From positions 10,324,451 to 10,388,450 of the forward strand of contig NC_134035.1 in assembly GCF_964204645.1 (NCBI RefSeq): 64,000 nt of DNA. The letters run 5' to 3'. The translations under genes were made by a program, and so were the position numbers. The DNA is from Tubulanus polymorphus (Eukaryota; Animalia; Nemertea). The notes beneath the pieces are model-generated. The model was not told where the DNA came from and did not search any database. It saw only the letters and a list, made by a program, of their open reading frames with translations. Every line of letters begins with the position of its first letter. Positions within the stretch are counted from its first letter, which is position 1. This document shows, piece after piece, positions 25,425 through 36,682 of the stretch.

Positions 25425-25503
25425 AAAAGGATGACGTTGGTCGAAGAAATGGAAGAGGATTCTAAAATTATTAACCAATTTAGTAAAAAAATACGTATAA
25501 TAA

Positions 25504-26172
25504 ATGGAACCAGAACAACCACAAATTATCAATATTACAAATAACACTGGCGTTATAAACATATACTACAAGAAGTGTTCTAAATGTGAATTAGATAAAT
25601 TAGCTTTAACAGAATTTAGTAAGCGTAAGATTAGCAAAGATGGTTTTCAATATTGCTGTAAAACTTGTTTTAAACTATATACCAAACAATACCGAGAAGA
25701 TAATAGAGAAGCTTACAATGATTATATGACAGAATATATGAGAGAAAGATATCAAACAGATCTTAATTTTAGATTGAAACAATGCTTAAGGACTAGATTA
25801 ACACAATTATTCAACAAAGAAACACATTCAGAAACACTATCTAATCTATTGGGTTGTTCAGATGAATTTCTCAAATCATGGATAATATATCAATTCGATG
25901 ATAAAATGAATATAGATAATTATGGTGAATACTTTCATATTGATCACGTGTTGCCGATTTCTAAATTTGACATGAATGATGAATACAATAAAAAACTTAT
26001 TTGGAACTGGAGAAATTTAAGGCCTTTAGAAAAGAAAGAAAATATAATTAAATCCAATAAACTAGATTTACAGTTATATTTAGATCAACTAGATAAAGCA
26101 AAGACATTTGTTGAATTATGGAATAGTATTTCACAGAATCAACCGCATTCTGAGGTTTTGATCAGTGGTTAG
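25504..26172 (+). CDS. HNH/endonuclease VII-like nuclease with an N-terminal Cys4 zinc ribbon (giant-virus/phage type)
   Basis: KKCSKC...DG...CCKTC; LLGCS...FHIDHVLP...NLRPLEKKENIIKSNK. Confidence 0.75.
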   Translation: MEPEQPQIINITNNTGVINIYYKKCSKCELDKLALTEFSKRKISKDGFQYCCKTCFKLYTKQYREDNREAYNDYMTEYMRERYQTDLNFRLKQCLRTRLTQLFNKETHSETLSNLLGCSDEFLKSWIIYQFDDKMNIDNYGEYFHIDHVLPISKFDMNDEYNKKLIWNWRNLRPLEKKENIIKSNKLDLQLYLDQLDKAKTFVELWNSISQNQPHSEVLISG

Positions 26173-26520
26173 AAAGCTGGCAATTCTATTTGAGCTTTGT
26201 ATGTATATAATACATAGCTTTTGCTTACTACTAAAACATATGTTGCCAAATATATCTTGTTTTCAATTCTAAAGAATTAATTAACTTCATCATAAAGAAC
26301 ATCTGTGCAGAAATAATTAGTTTGGTCGAACGTGCGCCACGTCGGCAGTTAGAAATCAACTTTCACATACATGGTACGTATTGGATATTCTCTCTCAAAA
26401 CACAGTTTACAGTTCTAAATCTAAATGTAAGTACCGTTTTTTGTAGTTATTATGAAGTAGGGAAACCTTTAAACAAATTTAAGTATAGTAATTCATTTTC
26501 ACGACATCTTTTAGATTAAA

Positions 26521-26978
26521 ATGGAATACAGAGATCAACCAGAAATTCTAAGCCAACCAACGGATGAGGAACGATTGCTACTGGATAGTGAAACTCAGGA
26601 ATCAATAGAAATGGAGGATGAAACTCTCGTAATTGACGAACAAACTTCACAAACATTACAAGAACATTTGGACTATCATCAAGAAATGGTGAAATACATA
26701 ATAGTGATGTAATACATAATAAACAATTACCGCGCGAACTACAATTACCAAAATTACCAGCAACGCGACTCAAATTGCTGTTGGGACTCAAAGAATCGAA
26801 AACTAAGAAAATGAGTGGAGATATCAGTGCCGGTTTTGAAACAAAACTGAGAAGAGTAGGAAGATTAATAAAATATGAAAAATTCAAAATATTAGGATTA
26901 GCATTTAGTGAAGTAGTGAGATATTTACCAGAAATTGAAGAAATGATTGTAAACAATCCAGTAATTAAAGAATTCTGA
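26521..26978 (+). CDS. hypothetical Polinton ORF(s), possibly one frameshifted gene
   Basis: Acidic 63-aa ORF starting at TAAAATG, overlapped by an open frame that ends at 26978. Confidence 0.35.
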
Positions 26979-27054
26979 ACAAAATTATAAATTATAACAC
27001 TGAAGGTCTTTGTAATATAGATATCAAAAAATGTTGTATATATCTGTTTTAATA

Positions 27055-27412
27055 TTGTATTGTTTACTGTTAACTAAGTATTGCGTAATAACCGGTCCGA
27101 TTGAACCGCATTTCTATTGTTCTCCATTGTGCTATTATTGATCGTTGTTAATGGCGGCGGTTGTTCTGTATTGATTGTTTACTGTTAACTAAGTATTGCG
27201 TAATAACCGGTCCGATTGAACCGCATTTCTATTGTTCTCCATTGTTCTACTATTGATCGTTGTTGACTGAAACAGCTGCTCAATATTGATTGGTTACAGT
27301 TCTATGTTTGAATGTTGTAGTTTACAGAATAAAAATATAACTGTGTATTGCGCAATAACCGGTCCGATTGGACCGCATTTCTATTGTTCTCCATTGTTCT
27401 ATTATCGATCGC
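27055..27412. repeat. three direct repeats in the Polinton non-coding region
   Basis: GTATTGCG(T/C)AATAACCGGTCCGATTG(A/G)ACCGCATTTCTATTGTTCTCCATTGT at ~27078, 27193 and 27345. Confidence 0.85.
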
Positions 27413-27840
27413 TAAAATTTACATAATAAATATATGTGTTTATGAAATAATATTTCCACCAGTCGTTTCTTTGAATTTATTTTCAGTTTTAGGATTTATT
27501 ATCGAGAATCCGAAATGACTTATCTGGACAGTTATAGTTACTGCTCCTAATAGATGGTGCCATAAACAGCACCCACACAGTGATAGACAATAGTAGTGAG
27601 ATATCAAATAGAATTTAAATAAAATATAATAAAAAAACAATAACTTCAACTAGCTAGTGAATTCTATTATATTTTTAATATTTTCTTTTCAAAAAGAGAA
27701 TACTTTATATTTTGAATAGATTCAAATATAAATTCTTTAACTTTAACTAACCTAGTCAATTTAGTATTAACCTAAAGAGATACTAGTATCATTTGAAGAA
27801 TACTTATAATATTTTTTTTTGCTTTTTTCCTCTAATATAA

Positions 27841-28443
27841 ATGTCAAAGAAATCTAATAAGAATAGTATTGATATCGAAAAAACATTAGATGATTTGGGT
27901 ATAAGTGATAATAAAGATACAGTTGTAACTAATTCTATTCAAGTTAATAACAATATAGATTATGAATACTATTTATATTGTAAGCATCATCTAGAACTAT
28001 TGATTGCCGGTGGAAAAACTAAAGAGTTTATTGGTAAAACAATAACTTTTCAAGAATTAGATAATATGAACAAAGAAAAAGTAATCAAATATTTTAAGAT
28101 TTATGAAGAGTCAAGATTAGCTAGAATAAATGATTCTATTTCTAATGGTATTGTCAAATGTTATTCTAAGTTATGTAACCAGTTAATACCAATTGATGAT
28201 GAAAATAAATTATATAATGATTTGAAAAATGACTATTTAGTTATGACTGAATTACAAAAATGGGTTGGATATGCTTCATTTCAATTAGGATCGGTTATGA
28301 CATTGATTTCTACTGGAGTTATAACATTTTCGAACATCAAGCCTATGGAATATAAATCAGGTAAGAACGAAACAGATGTACTACAACCAAACGTCGAAAC
28401 AGAAAATGAATCAGAACAAAAATTAACTAAAATAAATGAGTGA
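27841..28443 (+). CDS. hypothetical Polinton protein (200 aa)
   Basis: Intact ORF, TAAATG start, overlaps the next ORF; hydrophobic segment near the C-terminus. Confidence 0.7.
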   Translation: MSKKSNKNSIDIEKTLDDLGISDNKDTVVTNSIQVNNNIDYEYYLYCKHHLELLIAGGKTKEFIGKTITFQELDNMNKEKVIKYFKIYEESRLARINDSISNGIVKCYSKLCNQLIPIDDENKLYNDLKNDYLVMTELQKWVGYASFQLGSVMTLISTGVITFSNIKPMEYKSGKNETDVLQPNVETENESEQKLTKINE

Positions 28444-28822
28444 TGGAGTTAAGAAAAAGGCTAGATCCGAGAAACAAATTAAATGGGCAAGAGAATTAGG
28501 TAAAAGATCTTCAGAATTAAAAAAAGCTAAGAAAAAGAAATTAACTGATATAAATGAATCACCTGATGATGCCGTACGGCACCCACACGGTGGTATTGAT
28601 TCAAATAATAATCCATCTAATTCTTCTAATGCTGGAAGTAATTATAAATTATATATTACAATTGGATTAGTAACAGTTATTATATTATCCGGTGTAATAT
28701 ATAAATCAAAATTCAAATCTGACGATAAAGATGATCGGAAACTTAGTTATCCGTGTACAGACAATAAACCACCAGAAAATAAATCAAATGAAAATAAATC
28801 TAAAATATTATTAATGGATTAA
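28436..28822 (+). CDS. basic single-TM protein (128 aa)
   Basis: Lys/Arg-rich N-terminus; TM segment LYITIGLVTVIILSGVIY. Confidence 0.65.
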   Translation: MSDGVKKKARSEKQIKWARELGKRSSELKKAKKKKLTDINESPDDAVRHPHGGIDSNNNPSNSSNAGSNYKLYITIGLVTVIILSGVIYKSKFKSDDKDDRKLSYPCTDNKPPENKSNENKSKILLMD

Positions 28823-28825
28823 AAT

Positions 28826-29914
28826 ATGATGAAAAAAGAACAATATTTAAGAGATTTATATTATAACCCAGAAAGTGAAGTATCATTTTCTAACGTTTCA
28901 GAATTATGGAATAAAATTAAATCTGATAATAGCAATATAAAATATAGTGAATTAAAATCATGGTTACAAAATCAACCCACATATCAAATTCATAAAAAGA
29001 TGGATAAAAAATATTTAACAAGAAAAGTAATGGTTTCATATATTGACCAACAATGGCAAGCTGATTTAATTGACATGAAAAACTTAGAAGAATATAACAA
29101 AGGATATTTTTGGATACTGAATGTTATAGATATATTCAGTAGATACGCATGGAGTATCCCGATTAAAAATAAAACTGGTATAGAAGTTACAAATTCTTTC
29201 AAATTAATATTTAAAGAAGCTATCCCAGATAAAATACAATTTGATGAAGGTAAGGAATTTTATAACAAACATCTTAAAAAACTATTATCTGATAACGATG
29301 TAGAATATTTTTCAACACATTCAGATAAAAAAGCATCTGTTATAGAAAGATTTAATAAAACATTGAAAACTAGAATGTGGAAATATTTCACCGCTAATGA
29401 AACATATAAATATATCAATGTGTTAGATGATTTAGTTAAAGGTTATAATAATTCTAAACATAGTTCTATAAATATGAAACCTATACAAGCTAGAAAAGAA
29501 GAAAATTCAGAAATAGTTTGGAATAATTTATATGGAGCATTTGTTACACATGATTTTGGAGAACCTAAATTTAAAATAGGACAATATGTTAGAATTTCTA
29601 AATATAGAAAAACATTTTATAAAGGTTATACCCCTAATTTTACAGAAGAAATATTCAAGATTAAAAAGATAATATTAACTAAACCATTTGTTTATAAATT
29701 GTTTGATTTAAAAGATGAAGAAATATTAGGTTATTTCTATGAACAAGAATTATCATTAGTACCAAATCCAGATGAAATAGAATACAAAATAGAAAAGGTA
29801 TTGAAAACAAAAACTCTTAAAGGAAAAAAGTATTCTTTGGTGAAATATAAAGGATATGATGATAAATTTAATGAATGGATTTTATCTAGTAAAATTAAAA
29901 GAATAAATGAATAA
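28826..29914 (+). CDS. retroviral-like (rve) integrase with a C-terminal chromodomain
   Basis: DDE motifs WQADLIDM, IDIFSRYAW, QFDEGKEF, ASVIERFNKTLK; chromo-like YKIEKVLK...YSLVKYKGYDDKFNEWI. Confidence 0.95.
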   Translation: MMKKEQYLRDLYYNPESEVSFSNVSELWNKIKSDNSNIKYSELKSWLQNQPTYQIHKKMDKKYLTRKVMVSYIDQQWQADLIDMKNLEEYNKGYFWILNVIDIFSRYAWSIPIKNKTGIEVTNSFKLIFKEAIPDKIQFDEGKEFYNKHLKKLLSDNDVEYFSTHSDKKASVIERFNKTLKTRMWKYFTANETYKYINVLDDLVKGYNNSKHSSINMKPIQARKEENSEIVWNNLYGAFVTHDFGEPKFKIGQYVRISKYRKTFYKGYTPNFTEEIFKIKKIILTKPFVYKLFDLKDEEILGYFYEQELSLVPNPDEIEYKIEKVLKTKTLKGKKYSLVKYKGYDDKFNEWILSSKIKRINE

Positions 29915-30521
29915 AGATTTATTTATATTTGAACCACATAATATGTTAGTTACTGGAGTTACAAATTGTGGTAAAACACACTTCATATTATATTTATTAG
30001 AAACTATTTATAAGAATCATTTTGATAATATAATATTATTCTGCCCAACTTATGAAATGAATGAAACGTATAATAGAGATATAGTTTTTAAAGATAAAAA
30101 GTTTATTATATTAAATTCTAAAACAGTGAAAGATAATTTGGATAATTGTATAAAAATTGCATTAGATATTTATAAAGGATCAAATACATTATTTATTATT
30201 GATGATTGCGCAAATTTACATGATTCTAAAATTAGAGAAAGTGAGTTATGTTATTTAGCTTTCTCTGGTAGACATTTTGGGATAACAACATGGGTTTTAA
30301 ATCAGAAATATAATTCAATTGTGAAAGATTTTAGAGAGAATATAAGATTTCTAGTTTTATTCTACAACAAAGATAGAAAATCTATGCAACAATCATTAGA
30401 AGAAAATCAAATTATACCTACTGAATTACATGATGAATATATGAATAAATTAAAAAATAATAAAGGTTCAAAATTATTACTGAGATTACAATTTCCATAT
30501 GAATATAAATTTATAAAATAA
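29907..30521 (+). CDS. A32-like (FtsK/HerA) genome packaging ATPase
   Basis: Walker A GVTNCGKT, Walker B LFIIDD, GRH motif, LNQ. Confidence 0.9.
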   Translation: MNKDLFIFEPHNMLVTGVTNCGKTHFILYLLETIYKNHFDNIILFCPTYEMNETYNRDIVFKDKKFIILNSKTVKDNLDNCIKIALDIYKGSNTLFIIDDCANLHDSKIRESELCYLAFSGRHFGITTWVLNQKYNSIVKDFRENIRFLVLFYNKDRKSMQQSLEENQIIPTELHDEYMNKLKNNKGSKLLLRLQFPYEYKFIK

Positions 30522-30534
30522 CTATTTGTATACC

Positions 30535-30620
30535 TATGTATTAGATACCCTAATACCTAATACCCCATTAGATACCCTAATACCTGATACCCTAATACCT
30601 GATACCCTATTAGATACCTT
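30535..30620. repeat. short GATACCCTAATACCT-type tandem repeat between convergent genes
   Basis: About ten ATACC(C/T) units. Confidence 0.7.
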
Positions 30621-30675
30621 AAATAATTAAAACCCTTTTTTATTTACTATTATTTTATACAATTTTCAACCTTTA

Positions 30676-31659
30676 TTATTCGAGTGTTAGATAATTACTT
30701 TCTGAATCACTTTCACTATCAGACCCTAACAACATATTTAAATGCTCTACCGAATCTACATCAACATCTTTATAATTTTTTTTCACCTTTTTCGCCTTTT
30801 TTACCACACCACCAATAGTTGTTTCATTATAACGCTTATTCATCCTTTCTATTATATCATCAATAGTTTCTTCTTTATGTTTCATAGAATCTGTATTATC
30901 AATATGTTTATCTGTAACTATATCATCATGTGGGCGTATGGCGGCACCATTTTCATTATCATCTTTATTAGTGTTTGCTCCTAATATTTCATTTACAGTG
31001 TTTGATCCTAATATTTCATTAGCATCGGTTAAATCTAATTCATCGTTATTAGGTGTTGCTAATAATAAATCTTTATATAATTCTTTACCATTTACTTTTT
31101 TATTTGAAACAAATTTTGTAACATATCTAAATGGGTGTTCTATAAATTCTTTTTTACCAACACGTTCTATAACATTAGTAATATGTGAATTTGTATTCAT
31201 ATGTTTATTCCAATTTGATGGAGCGTTTGAAAATTCACCATTACAATAACCACAATAATTTCTATTTTCACTAACATCTAATATTATTGAATTAATATAT
31301 GTAGAAGGTATTACGTTATTAGATGTAGAAGGTATTACAGATGTAGTAGTAGGTATAACATTATTAGATGTAGTAGGTATTACAGATATAGTAGTAGGTA
31401 TTACAGATGTAGTAGGTATTACAGATGTAGTAGTAGGTATTACAGATGTAGTAGTAGGTATTACAGATGTAGTAGGTATTACATTATTATCAATTACACC
31501 ACTTTTATTATTATCGATTTCTATCAGTTTAGTTTTATAATTTTTAAAAATAGGATCAAATATCAAAGCTATATTACAAGGTATTACATAATATAAACCA
31601 TCATTATTTTCATGTGTATCGATGTATGGAATATGTTTATATACTTTACCTCCTTCCAT
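30676..31659 (-). CDS. 327-aa protein with VIPTT(T)S repeats and a C2H2 (matrin/U1-like) finger
   Basis: Repeat at ~31300-31490; CGYC...WNKHMNTNSH; acidic/basic tail. Confidence 0.7.
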   Translation of the reverse strand: MEGGKVYKHIPYIDTHENNDGLYYVIPCNIALIFDPIFKNYKTKLIEIDNNKSGVIDNNVIPTTSVIPTTTSVIPTTTSVIPTTSVIPTTISVIPTTSNNVIPTTTSVIPSTSNNVIPSTYINSIILDVSENRNYCGYCNGEFSNAPSNWNKHMNTNSHITNVIERVGKKEFIEHPFRYVTKFVSNKKVNGKELYKDLLLATPNNDELDLTDANEILGSNTVNEILGANTNKDDNENGAAIRPHDDIVTDKHIDNTDSMKHKEETIDDIIERMNKRYNETTIGGVVKKAKKVKKNYKDVDVDSVEHLNMLLGSDSESDSESNYLTLE

Positions 31660-31691
31660 TTATATAATAAATATTTATTAAAGTTAAAATT

Positions 31692-32939
31692 TTAATACAT
31701 AACACTATCTAATTGAGAATTTACAATATTTAATTGCGCATCAGATAATATATAAATGTGCATTTTAAAATTTTTGATTCCCTTTTTCTTTGTCATGAAT
31801 AATTGTATTCCATCTTTTGTATTTTGTAGTTTTTTCCCAGAACCATGTAATAAGTTATCTTCAGTTGTTCTAAAATCTAACCATAATGCATATTTATTAC
31901 CGGTATAATAATCAATTTGATTAATGTTACAATCTTCAGATGATTTTACTTTTTCATTCATAAAATGTTTTTTAATTTCTACCCATTGATCTATCATTCT
32001 CATTCCTTGACAAAATATTTTATTCGCTATACCTTCGATAGTTATTTCTACTTTTGTTATTTCAGGATTATAATAATTGTCAACATTTATTGCGCCATTA
32101 GTATACGTTCCAATGGTAAAAAATATTAATATACCTTTAATAGATCTTCTTGGGAAGTTAATATTCTCATTAATAATTTCATCATTTGCATTAATAGTTA
32201 CAGTTTTAAATTTATCAATATAATCATATAATAATGATAATCCTTGATTGTATTGAGTTTGAATTATACTTGAAATATTTTCATCAGTTACTGTATCATA
32301 TTCTAAACATATATTCAATAATTTATAACTCATATCTTTATTAACGCTAGATAATACAATTTCATTTACAGGAGCAAATGTTATCTCAAATATAATATCT
32401 TCTTGAATTGAGTATTTATATAAAGGCGCATTATTATTTATCAATTCAAAGTCTAATGGAATTTTATATTTACTTCCATATATACTTTTTATCAATTTAT
32501 CTACATCATTTGTTAATATTGCGCTATTGGCTTCTGATCTTAATTTATTTTGGTTTTCTGATTGGATGCCTTGAAATATCATATCATTTCTATTTTCTTT
32601 AGTTAACCATAAATCTTTATAATGCATAAATAAATTATAATCATCTAATGAGAAAACTGTTTCTGGACCAATCTTTATTGTTAACTTTTTAATCAAATAT
32701 CTTCCAACATTATCAACGACATAATTATTATTATTACCGATTACTTTTATATCGGCTGATAAATAAATACTATTTGGAACGTAAAAAGTATTTTGTGTTA
32801 ATCGAGGGATTCTAACGTATAAAGTTTCATCGGGATTAATATTTGAAGGGTTATGAGTAATTATATGATGTGATCTTTCTGCTTTAATAGCATTAGATAT
32901 TCTATGATTCTTAGAAGGATTGATATAACTCCCACTCAT
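31692..32939 (-). CDS. major capsid protein (double jelly-roll)
   Basis: 415 aa; NPSNINPDETLYVRIP, LLNICLEYD, FPRRSIKGILIFF, YYNPEITKVEITIEG, YALWLDFRT...LHGSG, typical of Polinton-type MCPs; gene context supports the call. Confidence 0.8.
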   Translation of the reverse strand: MSGSYINPSKNHRISNAIKAERSHHIITHNPSNINPDETLYVRIPRLTQNTFYVPNSIYLSADIKVIGNNNNYVVDNVGRYLIKKLTIKIGPETVFSLDDYNLFMHYKDLWLTKENRNDMIFQGIQSENQNKLRSEANSAILTNDVDKLIKSIYGSKYKIPLDFELINNNAPLYKYSIQEDIIFEITFAPVNEIVLSSVNKDMSYKLLNICLEYDTVTDENISSIIQTQYNQGLSLLYDYIDKFKTVTINANDEIINENINFPRRSIKGILIFFTIGTYTNGAINVDNYYNPEITKVEITIEGIANKIFCQGMRMIDQWVEIKKHFMNEKVKSSEDCNINQIDYYTGNKYALWLDFRTTEDNLLHGSGKKLQNTKDGIQLFMTKKKGIKNFKMHIYILSDAQLNIVNSQLDSVMY

Positions 32940-32980
32940 TTATTTAACAAAAAAATTAATTATTTATTTTTGATCATGGT

Positions 32981-34442
32981 TTACTTGATATTTTTTGATA
33001 TCATATTTACTAAACCAAAAATAATAGCACTTACAACTGTAATTAAAAATAAAATAATATGTTCAGCAGCAAAGTTAATAATGTTTCCTGCAGATTTCAA
33101 TATAAAACCAACAATTGAAGCAATAACTCCTGGCAATGCTGCAGCAGATTTTTTAGATAGTTCCCATAAATATTTTGCTAATTTCTTTAAACCATCTTTA
33201 ACTTTATCTTGTATAGAATTATTGCCTGGAGGTTTATCTGGTTTATTTGGAGTAGGAGTAAATTTTAAAGCATTTGATATTGCTAAACCAATTGTTGTAA
33301 ATACTATAGTTACAGCTGTTACAATTGAAAGAATTGTTATACCTTCTAATTTAAATAATAATCTTATTCTGTCTTTTAATGATATTCCAGAATTTGGTTT
33401 TATTAGATATCTTTTAAAAACATCTTTTAATCTTTTAAAATTATTACCAAATTCTTTTAATAATATATCTCTTTCACCTTTTTCGTACTTCTAAATTATC
33501 TTTTAAATTATCAATTTCTTTTTCTAAACGTAATTCTTTTTGTCTATACTCTATTTCATCAATTACTTGTCGTTCTAAATCAGACTTTAGTTGTTCTTCT
33601 TCTTCAATTGCATTAGTTAATTCTTTTTCCAAATACATAATTTTTTGATCTCTTATACTTTTATTATGTGCAATTTTATCAGCTTCATTTCTTATACTAA
33701 TAATTTCTCTAATTGCTTCATCAGAAAATATATCTAAATCTTCTAATTGTTGATCTGTTGCATCAAGTAATCCATTCGGTAAAAGTTTTTCAGTTTGAAC
33801 TTCGTTTGATTTAATTTTACTAGTTTTGGAAGTTTTATTCTGTTCAGAAGTTGTTTCTGTTTTTGAATTATTTTTGATTGTTTCAAATAATTCATTAATT
33901 CTTTGTTTAAATACTCTTTCATTTTTAATAATTTCTTCTTGTGTTACATTTTCTATTTCATTACTATTTCTTATTCTTTTAATTCTAGATAGGTCTAACT
34001 TAAGCAAAGTTGATTCTTTTAATATTTTGTTTTGTTTTTTATAAGAGATATCAATATAATAATCACCAGTCAAATGATAATAATATTCACCATCTAAAAA
34101 TTCTAAATTTTGCGCTAAAATTCTGGCGTCTCTAAAATTTATATTATATTCAGATCTTTCAAATATATGTTGTAATCTAAGCGCTTGGTTTATATTTTCT
34201 AAATCTTGTCTTATTAAATATGGATTTTCATTTTCAGGATTTATTCTCGATCTAGTTCTTCTATCAAATTCATCTGTTGATGGGACTTTAGAACCACTAT
34301 CTGCTAAATTAGAATTATATGTTGTATCATTATCATTATCAATATTAGTATCAGCAGTCATATAATCATCATTGTTAGTATTGGCATCATCATTATTTCC
34401 CATGTTTTCCATTTCATAATCTTCTCCACCTTCTACATCCAT
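32981..34442 (-). pseudogene. coiled-coil plus multi-TM membrane protein, frameshifted at ~33480
   Basis: The 322-aa ORF ends EVRKR* at CGAAAAAGGTGA. Removing one A gives KGERDILL...LFKLEGITILSIVTAV...KSAAALPGVIASIVGFIL...ILFLITVVSAIIFGLV* ending at 32981. Confidence 0.75.
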
Positions 34443-34458
34443 TTACATAATAAAAAAA

Positions 34459-35759
34459 TCAAAATTTAAAATATAATATTCCTCCGATTACAATTCCTAT
34501 ACAAGTTATAGCTAATTTAGTATTTTCATGGGATTTATTATCATCATTTAGTTTAATTATATCATGTTGAATTTTATCAGTTCTATTATTTTCTGATGTA
34601 TTGTAATCTTTTATTTTAGAATCATTATCCAATTTAACATTCTTAGTTTTAGTTTCTGTTGATTGAATATGTTTTTATTTTTTTCACCTTCCATTAATTT
34701 TGGAGCACTAATAATCTTTTTATTTATATCATTTAATCCAAATGAATTATTTATTGTTGCAGTTTTAATTAGATTATTATAACCAATTATATTTCCCATC
34801 TTTAATACTAAATCATTAGAAATAATTAATAGATTAGGGCCTATACAATAATTTAGTCTTACATGAGATTTATCTAAATAATTTTGATATCTTATAATGT
34901 TTTCTGGAATCGATCTATTTTTATCATTATGAATTGAATATTCAAATAAAACTTTAAACTGTTTCTGCGCATCGAATGAAGTGTTATCATTTCCAATTAT
35001 TGGGGATCTTGTTTCAACTTGAGCGCCCAAAATACATATCAAATAAATTCTAATAGATTGATTTATTCTTTGTATACCTGATTTTGTAAAACCTTCACCA
35101 TTTTCTAAAATGAAATTAACCCAACCATTATTATTATCAATTTTATAATTATGATAAGCTGAAATTCTATGCATATAATCAATTCTTTTTATTTCATATT
35201 CTTCACCAACACCTTGCAATTTACCATGCGCTCTAAAATCGGAATTAATATTTATATTAAATTCATTACATATTTTATAAAACTTGGATATATTAATATT
35301 ATTATCCAATTCTTTAAAATATTTAGACCCGGGTAAAGGACATTCTAATTCATTTAATATTATTCTGATTTGAAAATATGTGTGAAATCTAAATATTGTG
35401 TGAATTAATTTTAAATCAGAAAACTTCAAATTTTTATCTAAGTTATTTAAATGATCATTCCAACTAATTCCACATCCTGTTGTTGCACAATAAACAGCAA
35501 AATTTAATTGATTCTGTCAATATTTCATATTAGATTTTACTTTATATATATGATATTCATCTCGAGTAAAAGTAACTTCATATGTATTAAATATATTTTC
35601 CATTTTAGAAATAAAAAACTGTGATTCATTAACATAAATTTCTAAATTAGTTAATGAATTTAAAACTATATTTTTATATGTAATATTTTTCTTAAAATCT
35701 ATTGCCGGAATATTATATTTAATTGATTTATTATATTGGAAAGCTTTTGGAAACCCCAT
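34459..35759 (-). pseudogene. Polinton protein with C-terminal TM anchor; one in-frame TGA and one frameshift
   Basis: MGFPKAF...NMKY[TGA]QNQLNFAVYCATTGCGIS runs in frame into ORF 34611-35429. After an A-run near 34680, another frame continues to HENTKLAITCIGIVIGGILYFKF* at 34459. Confidence 0.75.
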
Positions 35760-35775
35760 TTATATAACTAAAAAA

Positions 35776-36216
35776 TTAATAATTTATTAATTCTTTTAAT
35801 AATTTATCTTGTTCTTCAACTGTTATATGACCATTTAAACTTATTATATAATCTAGTGTGTTCTTTAATTTATTTATTTCTTTTATATTAGATTTTATTT
35901 TTTCTTTATTACTTTTTATATTTAATTTTGAACTTATACCAGTTAAAACACTTGAACTTAATCCTAACACACCAATTGATATAGCTAAAGGTGTTAATGG
36001 GCTGAATATTGCTAAAAATGTTATTACAGAACTAATTGTAACCGAACCACTTATAATAAAATAATATATAATTTTACTTTTTAAATATTTTTTCTTTAAT
36101 ATATATATCTTTAAGTCACTTTCAAATTCTAATATTTGTTTTTCTAAATATGTTTTTGATTTAGTTTTATTTATATCATGAGGAATAATATCAATACTAT
36201 CAACTTTATCTTCCAT
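35776..36216 (-). CDS. two-TM protein (146 aa), SLATT-like topology
   Basis: Helix, two hydrophobic segments, then coiled coil; TAAATG start. Confidence 0.6.
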   Translation of the reverse strand: MEDKVDSIDIIPHDINKTKSKTYLEKQILEFESDLKIYILKKKYLKSKIIYYFIISGSVTISSVITFLAIFSPLTPLAISIGVLGLSSSVLTGISSKLNIKSNKEKIKSNIKEINKLKNTLDYIISLNGHITVEEQDKLLKELINY

Positions 36217-36235
36217 TTATTTAGAATAAAAATTA

Positions 36236-36658
36236 CTAATTAGTAAACTTATAAGCAACAAATATAACAATAACAGTTCCACCTAAAATCCATATTATTT
36301 CATATTTCTGTTGTTCTTTACTTGGGGTATAATAATCTGATAATTTAGGTTTGTATAGATGTAATTTTTCATTATTTGTTACTGCGTTATATAAACTCAT
36401 TGCATCATCAACTGATTGAAAATCTCTATGTGAAATCTTCTGATCATATAATTCCTTGTTAATATAATCCATATAGTTTTGTCGTTTTTCTCTATATTCT
36501 TCTGCTGCTTTATTGTATTTCTCTAACGCTAAGTTATGTCTTCTTTGTTTTCCTAATGAACTATTTTTATCAATATGTTTGAATAAATAACCACCACCAG
36601 TAAATGCTAAAGCGTTAACAATTGCCGATCCTATAATAGTTATAATTGCAGAAGCCAT
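36236..36658 (-). CDS. 140-aa protein with hydrophobic N- and C-termini
   Basis: MASAIITIIGSAIVNALAFTGGGYLF...RRHNLALEKY...IIWILGGTVIVIFVAY. Confidence 0.7.
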   Translation of the reverse strand: MASAIITIIGSAIVNALAFTGGGYLFKHIDKNSSLGKQRRHNLALEKYNKAAEEYREKRQNYMDYINKELYDQKISHRDFQSVDDAMSLYNAVTNNEKLHLYKPKLSDYYTPSKEQQKYEIIWILGGTVIVIFVAYKFTN

Positions 36659-36682
36659 TTATTTAGCAAAAAAATTATGCAT

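Noticed and set aside
30545-30600. Telomeric repeats within the Polinton
   Set aside because: Only three non-contiguous CCCTAA hexamers, embedded in a different repeat unit.
32904-33494. 196-aa plus-strand hydrophobic ORF
   Set aside because: Antisense of the frameshifted C-terminal half of the minus-strand membrane protein.
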